Of a stretch of DNA of 50,864 nt, positions 9,518-18,667 are shown one piece after another. Position numbers and translations under genes: made by a program. A model generated the notes under the pieces. That model searched no databases, had not been told where the DNA came from, and saw nothing but the letters and a program-made list of their open reading frames with translations. The DNA comes from a virus. Taxonomy: Duplodnaviria > Heunggongvirae > Uroviricota > Caudoviricetes. The stretch is taken from IMG/VR virus record IMGVR_UViG_2695420685_000015; one strand, written 5' to 3'. The first letter of the stretch is position 1. The number at the start of each line of letters is the position of its first letter.

Positions 9518-9825
9518 GCGGCACGATTTTGAAAAGTAAGTTAAGCACTATAGGCCTCACTTAGTTTTATCGCACCTAGCTGCAAATACCTTTGAGCTTG
9601 CCTTTGCAGTTGCAATATCTGTAGTCGCCAGATACTTACGGCACGATTTCGAGTTAAGGTAAGGTTTTAGAGTCACCAAAAACCTGGACTTAAATCTTCT
9701 TTGAGAACAACGATGTTTGGTAAATGGTCATTATTACCTAGCATGACGGCTCAACGTTTCTTGATGAATCCAGTACATTCGGTTAATCTTAGCTCAGTCG
9801 CCAGATACTTATGGCTCAGGAACAG
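9518..9825. repeat. intergenic direct repeats (CGCCAGATACTTAyGG and CGGCACGATTTyGAr)
   Basis: cggcacgattttgaaaag at 9519 and cggcacgatttcgag at 9639; gtcgccagatacttacgg at 9623 and gtcgccagatacttatgg at 9797. Confidence 0.5.
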
Positions 9826-9840
9826 AGGCGCAAACTCTGT

Positions 9841-9880
9841 TTCCTTTTAAAAAGCCCAGCCTAGTCAACTGGGCTTTTTT
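9841..9880. terminator. bidirectional rho-independent terminator
   Basis: aaaaagcccagcctagtcaactgggctttttt, A-run and T-run flanking a 7-bp GC stem. Confidence 0.7.
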
Positions 9881-10175
9881 AATGTCCGTTTTTAACCAAA
9901 TGTACCCACAATACCGCAACATCAGTGTCTTGCGAATTAAGATAGGATTTATAGAGACTATGTGCAAGTGCATAACTTTGTGGATAACTCGTAAAGGAAA
10001 AAGTGGTTTCCGCGGACATTAGTTCAGACAAGGAGTCTGGGAAAGTCAATGGGAAGTAAAAATTTGTTAAAAATAACGTTTGTTGGAATTGTATATATTT
10101 ATGCCTTTCAATAGTTAGCATCTTATTAACATCTTTTTTAAGAGATAGAGTTCAAAAATATATAGCTTCAACATG

Positions 10176-10195
10176 TACTGTATGCATATACAGTA
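10176..10195. promoter_or_regulatory. LexA (SOS) box
   Basis: tactgtatgcatatacagta matches TACTGT-(AT)4-ACAGTA consensus; 17 nt upstream of ATG 10212. Confidence 0.8.
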
Positions 10196-10211
10196 TTAAG
10201 AGGCGAGTATT

Positions 10212-10601
10212 ATGGGCTTCCCTTCTCCTGCGGCGGATTATGCTGAGAGCCGTATTTCTCTTGATCAGCAGATAATTAGACATCCTTCAGCGACCTACTT
10301 CATGAGGGCGGCTGATAGTCATCATCGTGAGGGAATATTGCAGGGTGCATTGCTGGTGGTCGATTCCTCACTGACTCCTGTTGATGGATCTCTTCTTGTA
10401 TGTGCTCTGGATGGGGAATATCGCGTAAAAAGATACCGGAAGTATCCACGTCAGCATCTGGAGGATTTAAGAACTGGTAAGAAGGAAGCATTGCCAAAGG
10501 ATGATGATGGATGCACGGGCAGCAATGCCGTGTTTGGTGTGATCACTCACATTATCAACGACGCAAGAAGTGGCGAGTTTGATGATTGTCCTGTGATGTA
10601 G
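10212..10601 (+). CDS. UmuD-prime-like (pre-cleaved UmuD / HumD-like) S24-family protein
   Basis: Starts MGFPSPAADY, corresponding to the UmuD-prime N-terminus after the Cys24-Gly25 cleavage site; HPSATYF and DS/K catalytic positions retained; C-terminus divergent; no umuC partner. Confidence 0.75.
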   Translation: MGFPSPAADYAESRISLDQQIIRHPSATYFMRAADSHHREGILQGALLVVDSSLTPVDGSLLVCALDGEYRVKRYRKYPRQHLEDLRTGKKEALPKDDDGCTGSNAVFGVITHIINDARSGEFDDCPVM

Positions 10602-10612
10602 GAGAACTGTTT

Positions 10613-10639
10613 AGGTGGTGCATTGCACCACCTTTTTAT
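10613..10639. terminator. bidirectional terminator between UmuD-prime-like gene and apbC
   Basis: aggtggtgcattgcaccacct hairpin then ttttta. Confidence 0.65.
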
Positions 10640-11739
10640 CACACTGCGCGGAATGCGATTTCGCCAGGTATTACTTCACCTTGCCAATACATTTGGGCAG
10701 CAACGCGATCTGCGAGGTCACGATAAATAGCCGTAAATTCGCTATCTGGACGACTAATAACGGTTGGTGTTCCGTTATCCAGATCTTCACGAAGAGAGAT
10801 ATGAAGTGGCATTTGGCCTAACAACTGCGTGTTGTATTTCTCGGCCAGTTTCTGTGCGCCACCGGTGCCAAAAATTGGCTCGTGATGACCGCAGTTACTG
10901 CAAATATGCACACTCATGTTTTCGACGATACCTAGTACCGGCACTTCGACTTTTTCGAACATCACAATGCCTTTCTTCGCATCGATCAGCGCGATGTCTT
11001 GCGGCGTAGTTACCACAACCGCACCAGTTACAGGAATGTTCTGCGCCAGCGTCAACTGAATATCACCAGTGCCCGGCGGCATATCGAGAACGAGATAGTC
11101 CAGATCAGGCCATAGAGTTTCCTGCAACATCTGCATCAGCGCCTTGCTGGCCATCGGTCCACGCCACACCATTGCATTGTCGTCGGTGACCAGATAACCA
11201 ATAGAGTTGGTTGCCAGGCCATGAGACATGATAGGTGCCATGTGAGTACCGTCAGGTGAGGTTGGACGTTGGTTTTCCGCGCCCAGCATGGTTGGAATTG
11301 ATGGACCATAGATATCGGCATCCAAAATACCAACTTTCGCACCTTCAGCAGCCAAAGCCAGTGCCAAGTTTACTGCTGTGGACGATTTGCCTACACCGCC
11401 CTTGCCTGAGCTTACGGCGATAATATTCTTAACACCATTAATGCCTGGTTGGTTTTTGACGCGCTTAAGCGTGGCAATGTTGTACGACAGCTTCCAGTCA
11501 ATAGCCTTTGCGCCAGTGATACGGAGCAGATCACCACTACATTGCTCTTTCAGGTCTTCAAAAGGCTTATTCCACACGAAAGGCATGATTAGTTCGACAT
11601 GCAGTGTGTCATCCATCAACGCAACATGGTGTAACGCTTTAAGCGTAGTCAGGTTGTGTTTCAGGGTTGGGTGCTGAAAATTAGCCAGCGTACCGGCTAC
11701 CATTGCTCTCAGGGCATCCGGCGATTTGGACTCGCTCAT
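10639..11739 (-). CDS. apbC: iron-sulfur cluster carrier ATPase ApbC/Mrp
   Basis: 366 aa; deviant Walker A SSGKGGVGKSSTAVNLA, C-terminal CSNCGH motif; AAGGAGA RBS; from memory near-identical to E. coli Mrp. Confidence 0.95.
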   Translation of the reverse strand: MSESKSPDALRAMVAGTLANFQHPTLKHNLTTLKALHHVALMDDTLHVELIMPFVWNKPFEDLKEQCSGDLLRITGAKAIDWKLSYNIATLKRVKNQPGINGVKNIIAVSSGKGGVGKSSTAVNLALALAAEGAKVGILDADIYGPSIPTMLGAENQRPTSPDGTHMAPIMSHGLATNSIGYLVTDDNAMVWRGPMASKALMQMLQETLWPDLDYLVLDMPPGTGDIQLTLAQNIPVTGAVVVTTPQDIALIDAKKGIVMFEKVEVPVLGIVENMSVHICSNCGHHEPIFGTGGAQKLAEKYNTQLLGQMPLHISLREDLDNGTPTVISRPDSEFTAIYRDLADRVAAQMYWQGEVIPGEIAFRAV

Positions 11740-11896
11740 CCCGTCTCCTTTATTTTAATTTGCGCAATTGTCGCCTTGTAGTGTACTCCAGCTGCGACAT
11801 TTAATCATTTATGAGAAATGCTGTTATCACATGGCAGACATAAGGCCATTTTGTTACTATCAAGCCCCTTTTCACTACAAAGAAGTAATGCCTACT

Positions 11897-13930
11897 ATGA
11901 CCCAAGTCGCGAAGAAAATTCTGGTGACGTGCGCGCTGCCGTACGCTAACGGCTCAATCCACCTCGGCCATATGCTGGAGCACATCCAGGCTGATGTCTG
12001 GGTTCGTTACCAGCGAATGCGCGGCCACGAGGTTAATTTCATCTGTGCCGACGATGCCCACGGTACGCCGATCATGCTGAAAGCACAGCAACTTGGTATC
12101 ACACCGGAGCAGATGATTGGCGAAATGAGTCAGGAACACCAGACTGATTTCGCAGGCTTTAACATCAGCTATGACAACTATCACTCGACGCACAGCGAAG
12201 AGAACCGTCAGTTGTCTGAGCTTATCTATACTCGCCTGAAAGAGAACGGTTTTATTAAAAATCGCACTATCTCTCAGTTGTACGACCCGGAAAAAGGCAT
12301 GTTCCTGCCGGATCGTTTTGTGAAAGGCACCTGCCCGAAATGTAAAGCGCCAGATCAATACGGCGATAACTGTGAAGTTTGCGGCGCGACCTACAGCCCG
12401 ACTGAACTGATCGAGCCGAAATCGGTGGTTTCTGGTGCTACCCCGGTAATGCGTGATTCTGAACACTTCTTCTTTGATCTGCCCTCTTTCAGCGAAATGT
12501 TGCAGGCATGGACCCGCAGCGGTGCGTTGCAGGAGCAGGTGGCAAACAAAATGCAGGAGTGGTTTGAATCTGGTCTGCAACAGTGGGATATCTCCCGCGA
12601 CGCACCTTACTTCGGTTTTGAAATTCCGAACGCGCCGGGTAAATATTTCTACGTCTGGCTGGACGCACCGATTGGCTACATGGGTTCCTTCAAGAATCTG
12701 TGCGACAAGCGCGGCGACACTACCAGCTTCGATGAATACTGGAAGAAAGACTCCACCGCCGAGCTGTACCACTTCATCGGTAAAGATATCGTTTACTTCC
12801 ACAGCCTGTTCTGGCCTGCCATGCTGGAAGGCAGCAACTTCCGCAAGCCGACCAACCTGTTTGTTCACGGCTATGTGACGGTGAACGGCGCGAAGATGTC
12901 CAAGTCTCGCGGCACCTTTATTAAAGCCAGCACCTGGTTGAATCATTTTGACGCTGACAGCCTGCGTTACTACTACACTGCGAAACTCTCTTCGCGCATT
13001 GATGATATCGATCTCAACCTGGAGGATTTCGTTCAGCGTGTGAATGCCGATATCGTGAACAAAGTGGTTAACCTGGCGTCCCGTAACGCTGGCTTTATCA
13101 ATAAGCGTTTTGACGGTGTGCTGGCAAGCGAGCTGGCTGACCCGCAGTTGTACAAAACCTTCACTGATGCCGCTGAAGTGATTGGTGAAGCGTGGGAAAG
13201 CCGCGAATTTGGTAAAGCTATCCGTGAAATCATGGCACTGGCTGACCTGGCTAACCGCTATGTCGACGAGCAGGCTCCTTGGGTAGTCGCAAAACAGGAA
13301 GGTCGCGATGCTGACCTGCAGGCGATTTGCTCAATGGGCATCAACCTGTTCCGCGTGCTGATGACTTACCTGAAACCGGTACTGCCGAAACTGACAGAAC
13401 GTGCGGAAGCATTCCTGAATACGGAACTGACCTGGGATGGCATCCAGCAACCGCTGCTGGGCCATAAAGTGAATCCGTTCAAAGCACTGTATAACCGTAT
13501 CGACATGAAACAGGTGGAAGCATTGGTGGAAGCGTCTAAAGAAGAAGTGAAAGCTACTGCCGCGCCAGTTACTGGCCCGCTGGCAGACGACCCGATTCAG
13601 GAAACCATCACCTTTGACGACTTTGCCAAAGTTGACCTGCGCGTGGCACTGATCGAAAACGCAGAGTTTGTTGAAGGTTCTGACAAACTGCTGCGCCTGA
13701 CGCTGGATCTCGGCGGTGAAAAACGCAATGTCTTCTCAGGCATCCGTTCTGCTTATCCAGACCCACAGGCACTGATTGGTCGTCACACCATTATGGTGGC
13801 TAACCTGGCTCCGCGTAAGATGCGCTTCGGCATCTCCGAAGGTATGGTGATGGCTGCTGGCCCCGGCGGGAAAGATATCTTCCTGTTAAGCCCGGATGCT
13901 GGTGCTAAACCTGGCCACCAGGTTAAGTAA
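11897..13930 (+). CDS. metG: methionyl-tRNA synthetase
   Basis: 677 aa from ATG 11897 (track start 11768 is an upstream extension); [15 protein letters not shown] motif, KMSKS motif, CPKC...CEVC zinc knuckles, C-terminal tRNA-binding domain; from memory ~99% identical to E. coli MetG. Confidence 0.97.
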   Translation: MTQVAKKILVTCALPYANGSIHLGHMLEHIQADVWVRYQRMRGHEVNFICADDAHGTPIMLKAQQLGITPEQMIGEMSQEHQTDFAGFNISYDNYHSTHSEENRQLSELIYTRLKENGFIKNRTISQLYDPEKGMFLPDRFVKGTCPKCKAPDQYGDNCEVCGATYSPTELIEPKSVVSGATPVMRDSEHFFFDLPSFSEMLQAWTRSGALQEQVANKMQEWFESGLQQWDISRDAPYFGFEIPNAPGKYFYVWLDAPIGYMGSFKNLCDKRGDTTSFDEYWKKDSTAELYHFIGKDIVYFHSLFWPAMLEGSNFRKPTNLFVHGYVTVNGAKMSKSRGTFIKASTWLNHFDADSLRYYYTAKLSSRIDDIDLNLEDFVQRVNADIVNKVVNLASRNAGFINKRFDGVLASELADPQLYKTFTDAAEVIGEAWESREFGKAIREIMALADLANRYVDEQAPWVVAKQEGRDADLQAICSMGINLFRVLMTYLKPVLPKLTERAEAFLNTELTWDGIQQPLLGHKVNPFKALYNRIDMKQVEALVEASKEEVKATAAPVTGPLADDPIQETITFDDFAKVDLRVALIENAEFVEGSDKLLRLTLDLGGEKRNVFSGIRSAYPDPQALIGRHTIMVANLAPRKMRFGISEGMVMAAGPGGKDIFLLSPDAGAKPGHQVK

Positions 13931-13950
13931 TTAAGCAACCTCTGTTCGCA

Positions 13951-13978
13951 ATGCCCGGCAACACGCTGGGCATTTTTC
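13951..13978 (+). terminator. metG terminator
   Basis: atgcccggcaacacgctgggcat hairpin followed by ttttc. Confidence 0.55.
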
Positions 13979-14014
13979 ATATAGACACAATCCCTCCTGA
14001 TTTACACAAGCCCT

Positions 14015-14079
14015 AAAACAATTTGTTTTCTACCTTTTGTTGATTGAGATAATAAGCCACATAAGAAAACAAATTGTTT
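14015..14079 (+). promoter_or_regulatory. class-A promoter/operator copy 5 (both palindrome copies)
   Basis: AAAACAATTTGTTTT at 14015-14029, TGaGATAAT, then AGAAAACAAATTGTTT at 14064-14079. Confidence 0.55.
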
Positions 14080-14092
14080 CGGAGTGGTTGAA

Positions 14093-14392
14093 ATGTTGAA
14101 CATTACCCAAGCCTACCAGGTGGCATTGATCAGTTCATCTCATACATCAGAGGAAGATGCTCGCCGATTCATGATCGCAAGCAATGAGCTGGATTGGGTT
14201 TCACAAATTGATGGCGGTTGTATTGTCCACGCCGGGTTACAGGATGATGTCTGGAAAGACGACTTGCGTCGATATGGTATATCCGAAGGCGCGATTGCTA
14301 ACATTCAGAAAGTACTTGATGTAGGCTTTGACTCTGTACATTTTGATTGTGGTGCGCCGATCGTTGAAGGGCTTGAGTGCTGGTGTTGGTAG
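14093..14392 (+). CDS. hypothetical protein
   Basis: ATG 14093 with GGAG RBS (track start 14084 is GTG); 99 aa. Confidence 0.5.
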   Translation: MLNITQAYQVALISSSHTSEEDARRFMIASNELDWVSQIDGGCIVHAGLQDDVWKDDLRRYGISEGAIANIQKVLDVGFDSVHFDCGAPIVEGLECWCW

Positions 14393-14523
14393 AGTGTATA
14401 AGCGGATCAATGAGTTACGGAAACAGTTAATAATGAGGAGCTTGTAATAAGCTGTATACCCTAGAAAAGCTAGACTAGGGAATAAAATGACGTGAAACTG
14501 GGCGAGACAGTAAATAATTCCGA

Positions 14524-15753
14524 ATGATAATTGAACAAATAACCCCTTGCTCGGAGCTTGGAATGACTGATACCGCTTTTTCAAAATCGTTACAAAAAGA
14601 AGTCGATCCTGAGCAGTACTTGGCGCTAAAGAATTTAGATGACAGCTCGGTTCATGCTATTGCCCGTGACGATATCATCTGCCCCATTTGCAAAGTTGGA
14701 GGTGGTTCGTTCGTTAGAGCCACTAGGAATGGTGGCTATCACAAGAAGGCGCATTTCAGATTTACCGGTGAAGATGGTCAAGGCCATCATCCATCATGTG
14801 ATTTCTATGGAGATAGACTAACATCTGAGGTGAAGCAGCACCTTGTCTCATTCACAAAAGATCGAACAAAGTATTCGCAGGTAATACGAAAGCTGGTCTG
14901 TGCCGGCATACAGGAAGGGATATTTACTCAAGAAAAAATGTGGCAGATGAGGGAATGGTTCTTCAATAAGCGAAAGGATTCCACATTTGAAATATGGTTA
15001 GAAAGCGAGCATTTAGACTGGCTTTATTATATTAGTGGGTTACGTGATGCATATCTAGCATGGACAACTCCTGATATTCTACCTTTCGCGCCCATTCAGG
15101 TTACTGTGCCTGGTTTTTCTTGGAAGCGTGCGATTGACAAAGAGGTGCTAAGAGTTCACATCAAGACTCTCCAGCAATTGCGTGAAATTTCAGTCTCACA
15201 TAGAGACATTGCTGTAATCTTAGAACACATAAACAATAATCGTGACCGCACAATTCTCGATCCATCGCATTTGGAGGACGAGATAAGTAAGACCTGTAAG
15301 CTTACTAGTTTTGTGATGGGCAATTACATTGAGTTTCAGACAAAAACGGTTAGCGACAGAGCATACGGGGAAGCTAAGTTTCTGGCATTTGCAGCACTTT
15401 TGTTGTTCGTGTCAGATTGGGACCTCAACATTGCTATTGGTAAGTTTTCTAAGATTGCCAGAGTGAAGGAGGTTGATGACATGCTGGCTGGTAATTTCAT
15501 TGGTCTTAATCCTTACTTCCGATACGACCTGGCTAATGCAGTGAAGAGATTGCAGGATAACTGGCCGATTGAATACCAAGAGTTGGAGCATTGGAATGTT
15601 GAGAAATCCATGCGTGACGCATATGAAAAGTGGCGTGCGACAGAGCCTGAATTCGCTCCACCCCTATTGCCAGACTTGTATATTGCCAAACATGAGAAAG
15701 AAGTCGCACAAGACGAGCAAGTCAGGCAGTGGATTAAGAACGGGGATGTTTGA
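14524..15753 (+). CDS. hypothetical protein with Cys/His zinc-ribbon-like motif
   Basis: 409 aa; CPICK...HHPSCDFY cluster; start could instead be ATG 14563. Confidence 0.55.
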   Translation: MIIEQITPCSELGMTDTAFSKSLQKEVDPEQYLALKNLDDSSVHAIARDDIICPICKVGGGSFVRATRNGGYHKKAHFRFTGEDGQGHHPSCDFYGDRLTSEVKQHLVSFTKDRTKYSQVIRKLVCAGIQEGIFTQEKMWQMREWFFNKRKDSTFEIWLESEHLDWLYYISGLRDAYLAWTTPDILPFAPIQVTVPGFSWKRAIDKEVLRVHIKTLQQLREISVSHRDIAVILEHINNNRDRTILDPSHLEDEISKTCKLTSFVMGNYIEFQTKTVSDRAYGEAKFLAFAALLLFVSDWDLNIAIGKFSKIARVKEVDDMLAGNFIGLNPYFRYDLANAVKRLQDNWPIEYQELEHWNVEKSMRDAYEKWRATEPEFAPPLLPDLYIAKHEKEVAQDEQVRQWIKNGDV

Positions 15754-15884
15754 GTGTAATTAGCTTAATCAATCAGTTGATAATGGCGGTCACAATTTGA
15801 TTCTTTTCTATAAGAATCCGTTGATCGCCACTACTCTTCTTCCATACCTGCAATCACACCTTTAAATATCAATAGGTTAACGTT

Positions 15885-16640
15885 GTTTATACCAATAATA
15901 AAACAACTAAATAACAGATCAACGAAACGTCAACGCTTTCACCCGATTTGGTCTAAAAAATTGACGTATTCACACATCACTTCTTATACCCGTAATTCTA
16001 CGCAGCAGACAGCGCCACAGCGTCCAATTTTCACCACAGACGACCCAACACACTACCAACAAAAACACACGCTCAAAATCACTCCCATTGCGTTACATAA
16101 CTATATAAACAACTTATTTTCAGCTATAACAAAACAACTAAATAACACACATGCCATTCCCCAAAACAACCAACCTCTTTATGGCAGGCTACCGAAAAGA
16201 CCCACCTCTTCTCCCCAGGCTACCGGACAGCCAACCTAACTTTCACAGGCAATCCGAAAACATTCATACGCGCGATACCCACGACACGCCATTCCCCAAA
16301 CAGCGAAGAAACACCAGAATCACTGAAAACCCAACGAAGCCTGTAACCGCAAGGATTCTCTCAATCCCAAAAGACACGAAACATAACAATCACGGGAAAC
16401 GCCATTACCCAATACACGAATAACTACAAAAGCCCTTCACACACTCCAGACAAACAACTCAAACACAATAACGAAAGGATTCGCCCACCTGCCATTACTC
16501 CATACATGGAGAAGAACAATCACCAAAACGACGAGAACACCCCATAGAAGAACCACCGCAAAACGAACGAAACCACATACACCGACAGAGAAAACAACAC
16601 ACCCAATTCACCAACAGAAATAGTCGCCGTATAGAACATT
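15885..16640 (+). other. A+C-rich strand-asymmetric ORF-free tract (candidate noncoding RNA or structural DNA element)
   Basis: About 75-80% A+C on the + strand over ~760 bp in sampled 60-nt blocks; no ATG-initiated ORF; internal short repeats (aaaacaactaaataaca twice, ccattccccaaa twice). Confidence 0.6.
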
Positions 16641-16736
16641 CTGGAAGGAGTGAGCATTAACGCCTATAGAGAGGTTGAGACAGATAAAACACAACATGCA
16701 TAGCGAAGAAGCCAGGTATGTATAAGTGGGGAGGGA

Positions 16737-16759
16737 AGGAGGGGTGTCGCCTCCTTTTT
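16737..16759 (+). terminator. rho-independent terminator downstream of A+C-rich tract
   Basis: aggaggggtgtcgcctcct hairpin followed by tttt. Confidence 0.55.
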
Positions 16760-16822
16760 CGTATTTATTCAACTCCTGATTTTATCCCCCGTAACACCCC
16801 TACGGTCAGCCTTCGGTCCATA

Positions 16823-16960
16823 CAGGGAAAAGGCTGCATCCCGCTACAGAAACGGCTGGGTTGCCTTCGGGGAACGGCTGGAGGTTTTCAGGGAAACGGT
16901 CGAGTTGCCTGTGTGGATTTCGGGAGAAGGCTCGATGCCGGTTCAGGAACGGTGGCGTAC
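16823..16960. repeat. iteron-like direct repeat cluster (core GGAAACGGC)
   Basis: cagggaaaaggctgcatccc, cagaaacggctggg, gggaacggctgga, gggaaacggtcgag, gggagaaggctcga, caggaacggtggcg at about 21-30 bp spacing. Confidence 0.6.
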
Positions 16961-17257
16961 CGGTATAGCGAGAGGGAGAGTTGCGGCTACCCACCTGTAA
17001 TGTGCGGGAAGAAGAGAGGCGCTCACGTAGGCGGACTTGCTTACCGCTGGATTCCCTCTGAATGCCCAGCTACAGCGTAATTGTGCCAGACAGCCAACGG
17101 GTCACAATCGATTTCAGTAGGTTTTCGGGGAGAGGATTATTCTGCCCACCAGCCACTAAATCAGAATAATGTAAAAAGTGTACTCGGTACTGAACCTGAA
17201 AACTCACTACCAAAACCACATTCACCGGAATAAAATCCTTTTTCGCCTGTGCGTTAT

Positions 17258-17292
17258 TGCGATAATAACACCATCAAGAAAACATGTTGTTT
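17258..17292 (+). promoter_or_regulatory. class-A promoter/operator copy 6
   Basis: TGcGATAAT then AGAAAACATGTTGTTT at 17277-17292; first in-frame ATG 17284 lies inside the motif. Confidence 0.55.
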
Positions 17293-17304
17293 AAGGATTG
17301 CTTT

Positions 17305-17634
17305 ATGTTTGCAAATATCGACATCAACCAAATCAAGAAATTAACTCAAAAAGAGTTTGATCAGTTTTATGAGTTAGAAGGTTGGTCTTCCACTCTGATC
17401 AATTCGCGGTGGGTGCTTGAGCTGATGACTCGTGATGACGCACCTGCTTTGATGATTTGCGACATGGGTGAAGATGCTGACTTTATGGATATGAGCGAAT
17501 TTTGTGTGGACACATACAACCGCAGCCAGAAGTACTACTTCACATGCGATAGCGAAAATGACGTGATTTCTAAGGTCTATCTTCACCTCGTCCAGCATTG
17601 GGACGTTCAGGAGTTTCTTGAGATATTCGCGTAA
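17305..17634 (+). CDS. hypothetical protein
   Basis: Second in-frame ATG with AAGGAT RBS; 109 aa. Confidence 0.5.
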   Translation: MFANIDINQIKKLTQKEFDQFYELEGWSSTLINSRWVLELMTRDDAPALMICDMGEDADFMDMSEFCVDTYNRSQKYYFTCDSENDVISKVYLHLVQHWDVQEFLEIFA

Positions 17635-17740
17635 TCCCAACCAAAGCCAGCATTGCTGGCTTAATTTCTCTATAGCCGCTGGGAGGAACCTGCATATCGA
17701 TCATGCACCTGATCATTATGCTTTGTAGCCGTTTTCTTAC

Positions 17741-17776
17741 TGGTATTATTTACGCCATTGAGAAAACAAGTTGTTT
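17741..17776 (+). promoter_or_regulatory. class-A promoter/operator copy 7
   Basis: TGgTATTAT then AGAAAACAAGTTGTTT at 17761-17776. Confidence 0.55.
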
Positions 17777-17787
17777 ACGGAGTTGTG

Positions 17788-18099
17788 ATGAAAAAATCAT
17801 TGGTTCTTGGTCTGGACAAAGACCAGAAGAGAAAAGAGAAGCCTGCACTGGTTGCTCAATTAACTTTGCTAGACATCGTTGCCAATGGAACTTCTATTCG
17901 TCTGTTCCGTGAAACAGCGGTGTCTTTCGATAAAAACACCTTTACTCGTTATGTAATGAATGTTCGTCGCCAGCGTGGAAAAGGATGGGTGGCATTTCAA
18001 AGAATGTGGCCGGAACATCAGCTCGAACTGGCCTTGATGGAAGTTAACCGCGTGGCCCAGCAAGAAATTCAGAGAGCATCAGTGATGGCAATAGCCTGA
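17788..18099 (+). CDS. hypothetical protein
   Basis: ATG 17788 with ACGGAG RBS (track start 17758 is TTG inside the promoter); 103 aa. Confidence 0.5.
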   Translation: MKKSLVLGLDKDQKRKEKPALVAQLTLLDIVANGTSIRLFRETAVSFDKNTFTRYVMNVRRQRGKGWVAFQRMWPEHQLELALMEVNRVAQQEIQRASVMAIA

Positions 18100-18133
18100 T
18101 AATGTGCAAGTGGTAATTAGTCGACAGTACGAC

Positions 18134-18161
18134 AGCCCCGCCATCCTTACGGGGCTTTTTT
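18134..18161 (+). terminator. rho-independent terminator
   Basis: agccccgccatccttacggggct then tttttt. Confidence 0.7.
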
Positions 18162-18166
18162 GTATT

Positions 18167-18182
18167 GTAAGTACATACTTAC
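18167..18182. promoter_or_regulatory. class-B palindrome copy
   Basis: gtaagtacatacttac perfect palindrome, 44 nt upstream of ATG 18226. Confidence 0.45.
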
Positions 18183-18225
18183 GATCATAGAATATAAAAA
18201 TAACCAATACACTACGGAGAGTGAA

Positions 18226-18621
18226 ATGACCGTTAAACGCGAAAAACTGACAGTTGATGTTTACTATGCCTCTGAAACCGCCGAAGGTAAGAATGTGGCA
18301 AAAATCACCGTTGTTACGTACAACACCGAAACTGGTGCCGAAGTCCAGGCCAGTACGATCGTGCGTAAAGGTGATGCCTCCGGCGGCGAGTACGCGACTC
18401 AATACCAGTCCATTCTCGATGCAACTGACCCGCTGCTGCTGAAAATCGAGAACTACTTCCGCCAGGTTGATGAAGAGGTGTTTGAAACCATGATGAATAT
18501 GGTTAACACCGTATTCGCCTCCAGCCTGAACACCAGCACCACCTGGATTGGCCAGTACGGTCTGCGCATTACCTCTGGCATTCCTGCCGGCACCTTAATC
18601 CCTGAAAGCGTATTCGCTTAA
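18226..18621 (+). CDS. hypothetical protein
   Basis: ATG 18226 with GGAGAG RBS; 131 aa; terminator downstream. Confidence 0.5.
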   Translation: MTVKREKLTVDVYYASETAEGKNVAKITVVTYNTETGAEVQASTIVRKGDASGGEYATQYQSILDATDPLLLKIENYFRQVDEEVFETMMNMVNTVFASSLNTSTTWIGQYGLRITSGIPAGTLIPESVFA

Positions 18622-18631
18622 TCCTCTTTGA

Positions 18632-18658
18632 ATGGCGCGTAAACCGCGCCATTTTCTT
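18632..18658 (+). terminator. rho-independent terminator
   Basis: atggcgcgtaaaccgcgccat then tttctt. Confidence 0.65.
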
Positions 18659-18667
18659 ATGCCCGAT

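Noticed and set aside
9879-10121. Minus-strand ORF of 80 aa in the AT-rich spacer before the LexA box
   Set aside because: No RBS, AT-rich low-complexity sequence, and the region is better explained as the promoter/LexA control region of the UmuD-prime-like gene. Not fully excluded.
9416-10211. Possible tRNA or integration site in the spacer or elsewhere
   Set aside because: I scanned intergenic regions by eye for the T-loop signature (GGTTCGAATCC-like) and found none; no cloverleaf-compatible segment was evident. A proper tRNAscan-SE run could still change this.
11954-12946. Long antisense ORFs inside metG (11954-12946 and 12453-12878)
   Set aside because: They lie within a highly conserved housekeeping gene; they are GC-rich shadow frames.
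15883-16423. ORFs 15883-16239 and 16151-16423 inside the A+C-rich tract
   Set aside because: 15883 starts with TTG, and both products are low-complexity Pro/Thr/His/Gln-rich. Open frames are expected here simply because G/T-poor sequence rarely makes stop codons.
16718-17080. ORF 16718-17080 (+) and antisense ORF 16806-16994 over the iteron-like repeats
   Set aside because: They span the GGAAACGGC repeat array and a terminator; the translations are Gly/Arg-rich with no RBS, so this is more consistent with a non-coding repeat region.
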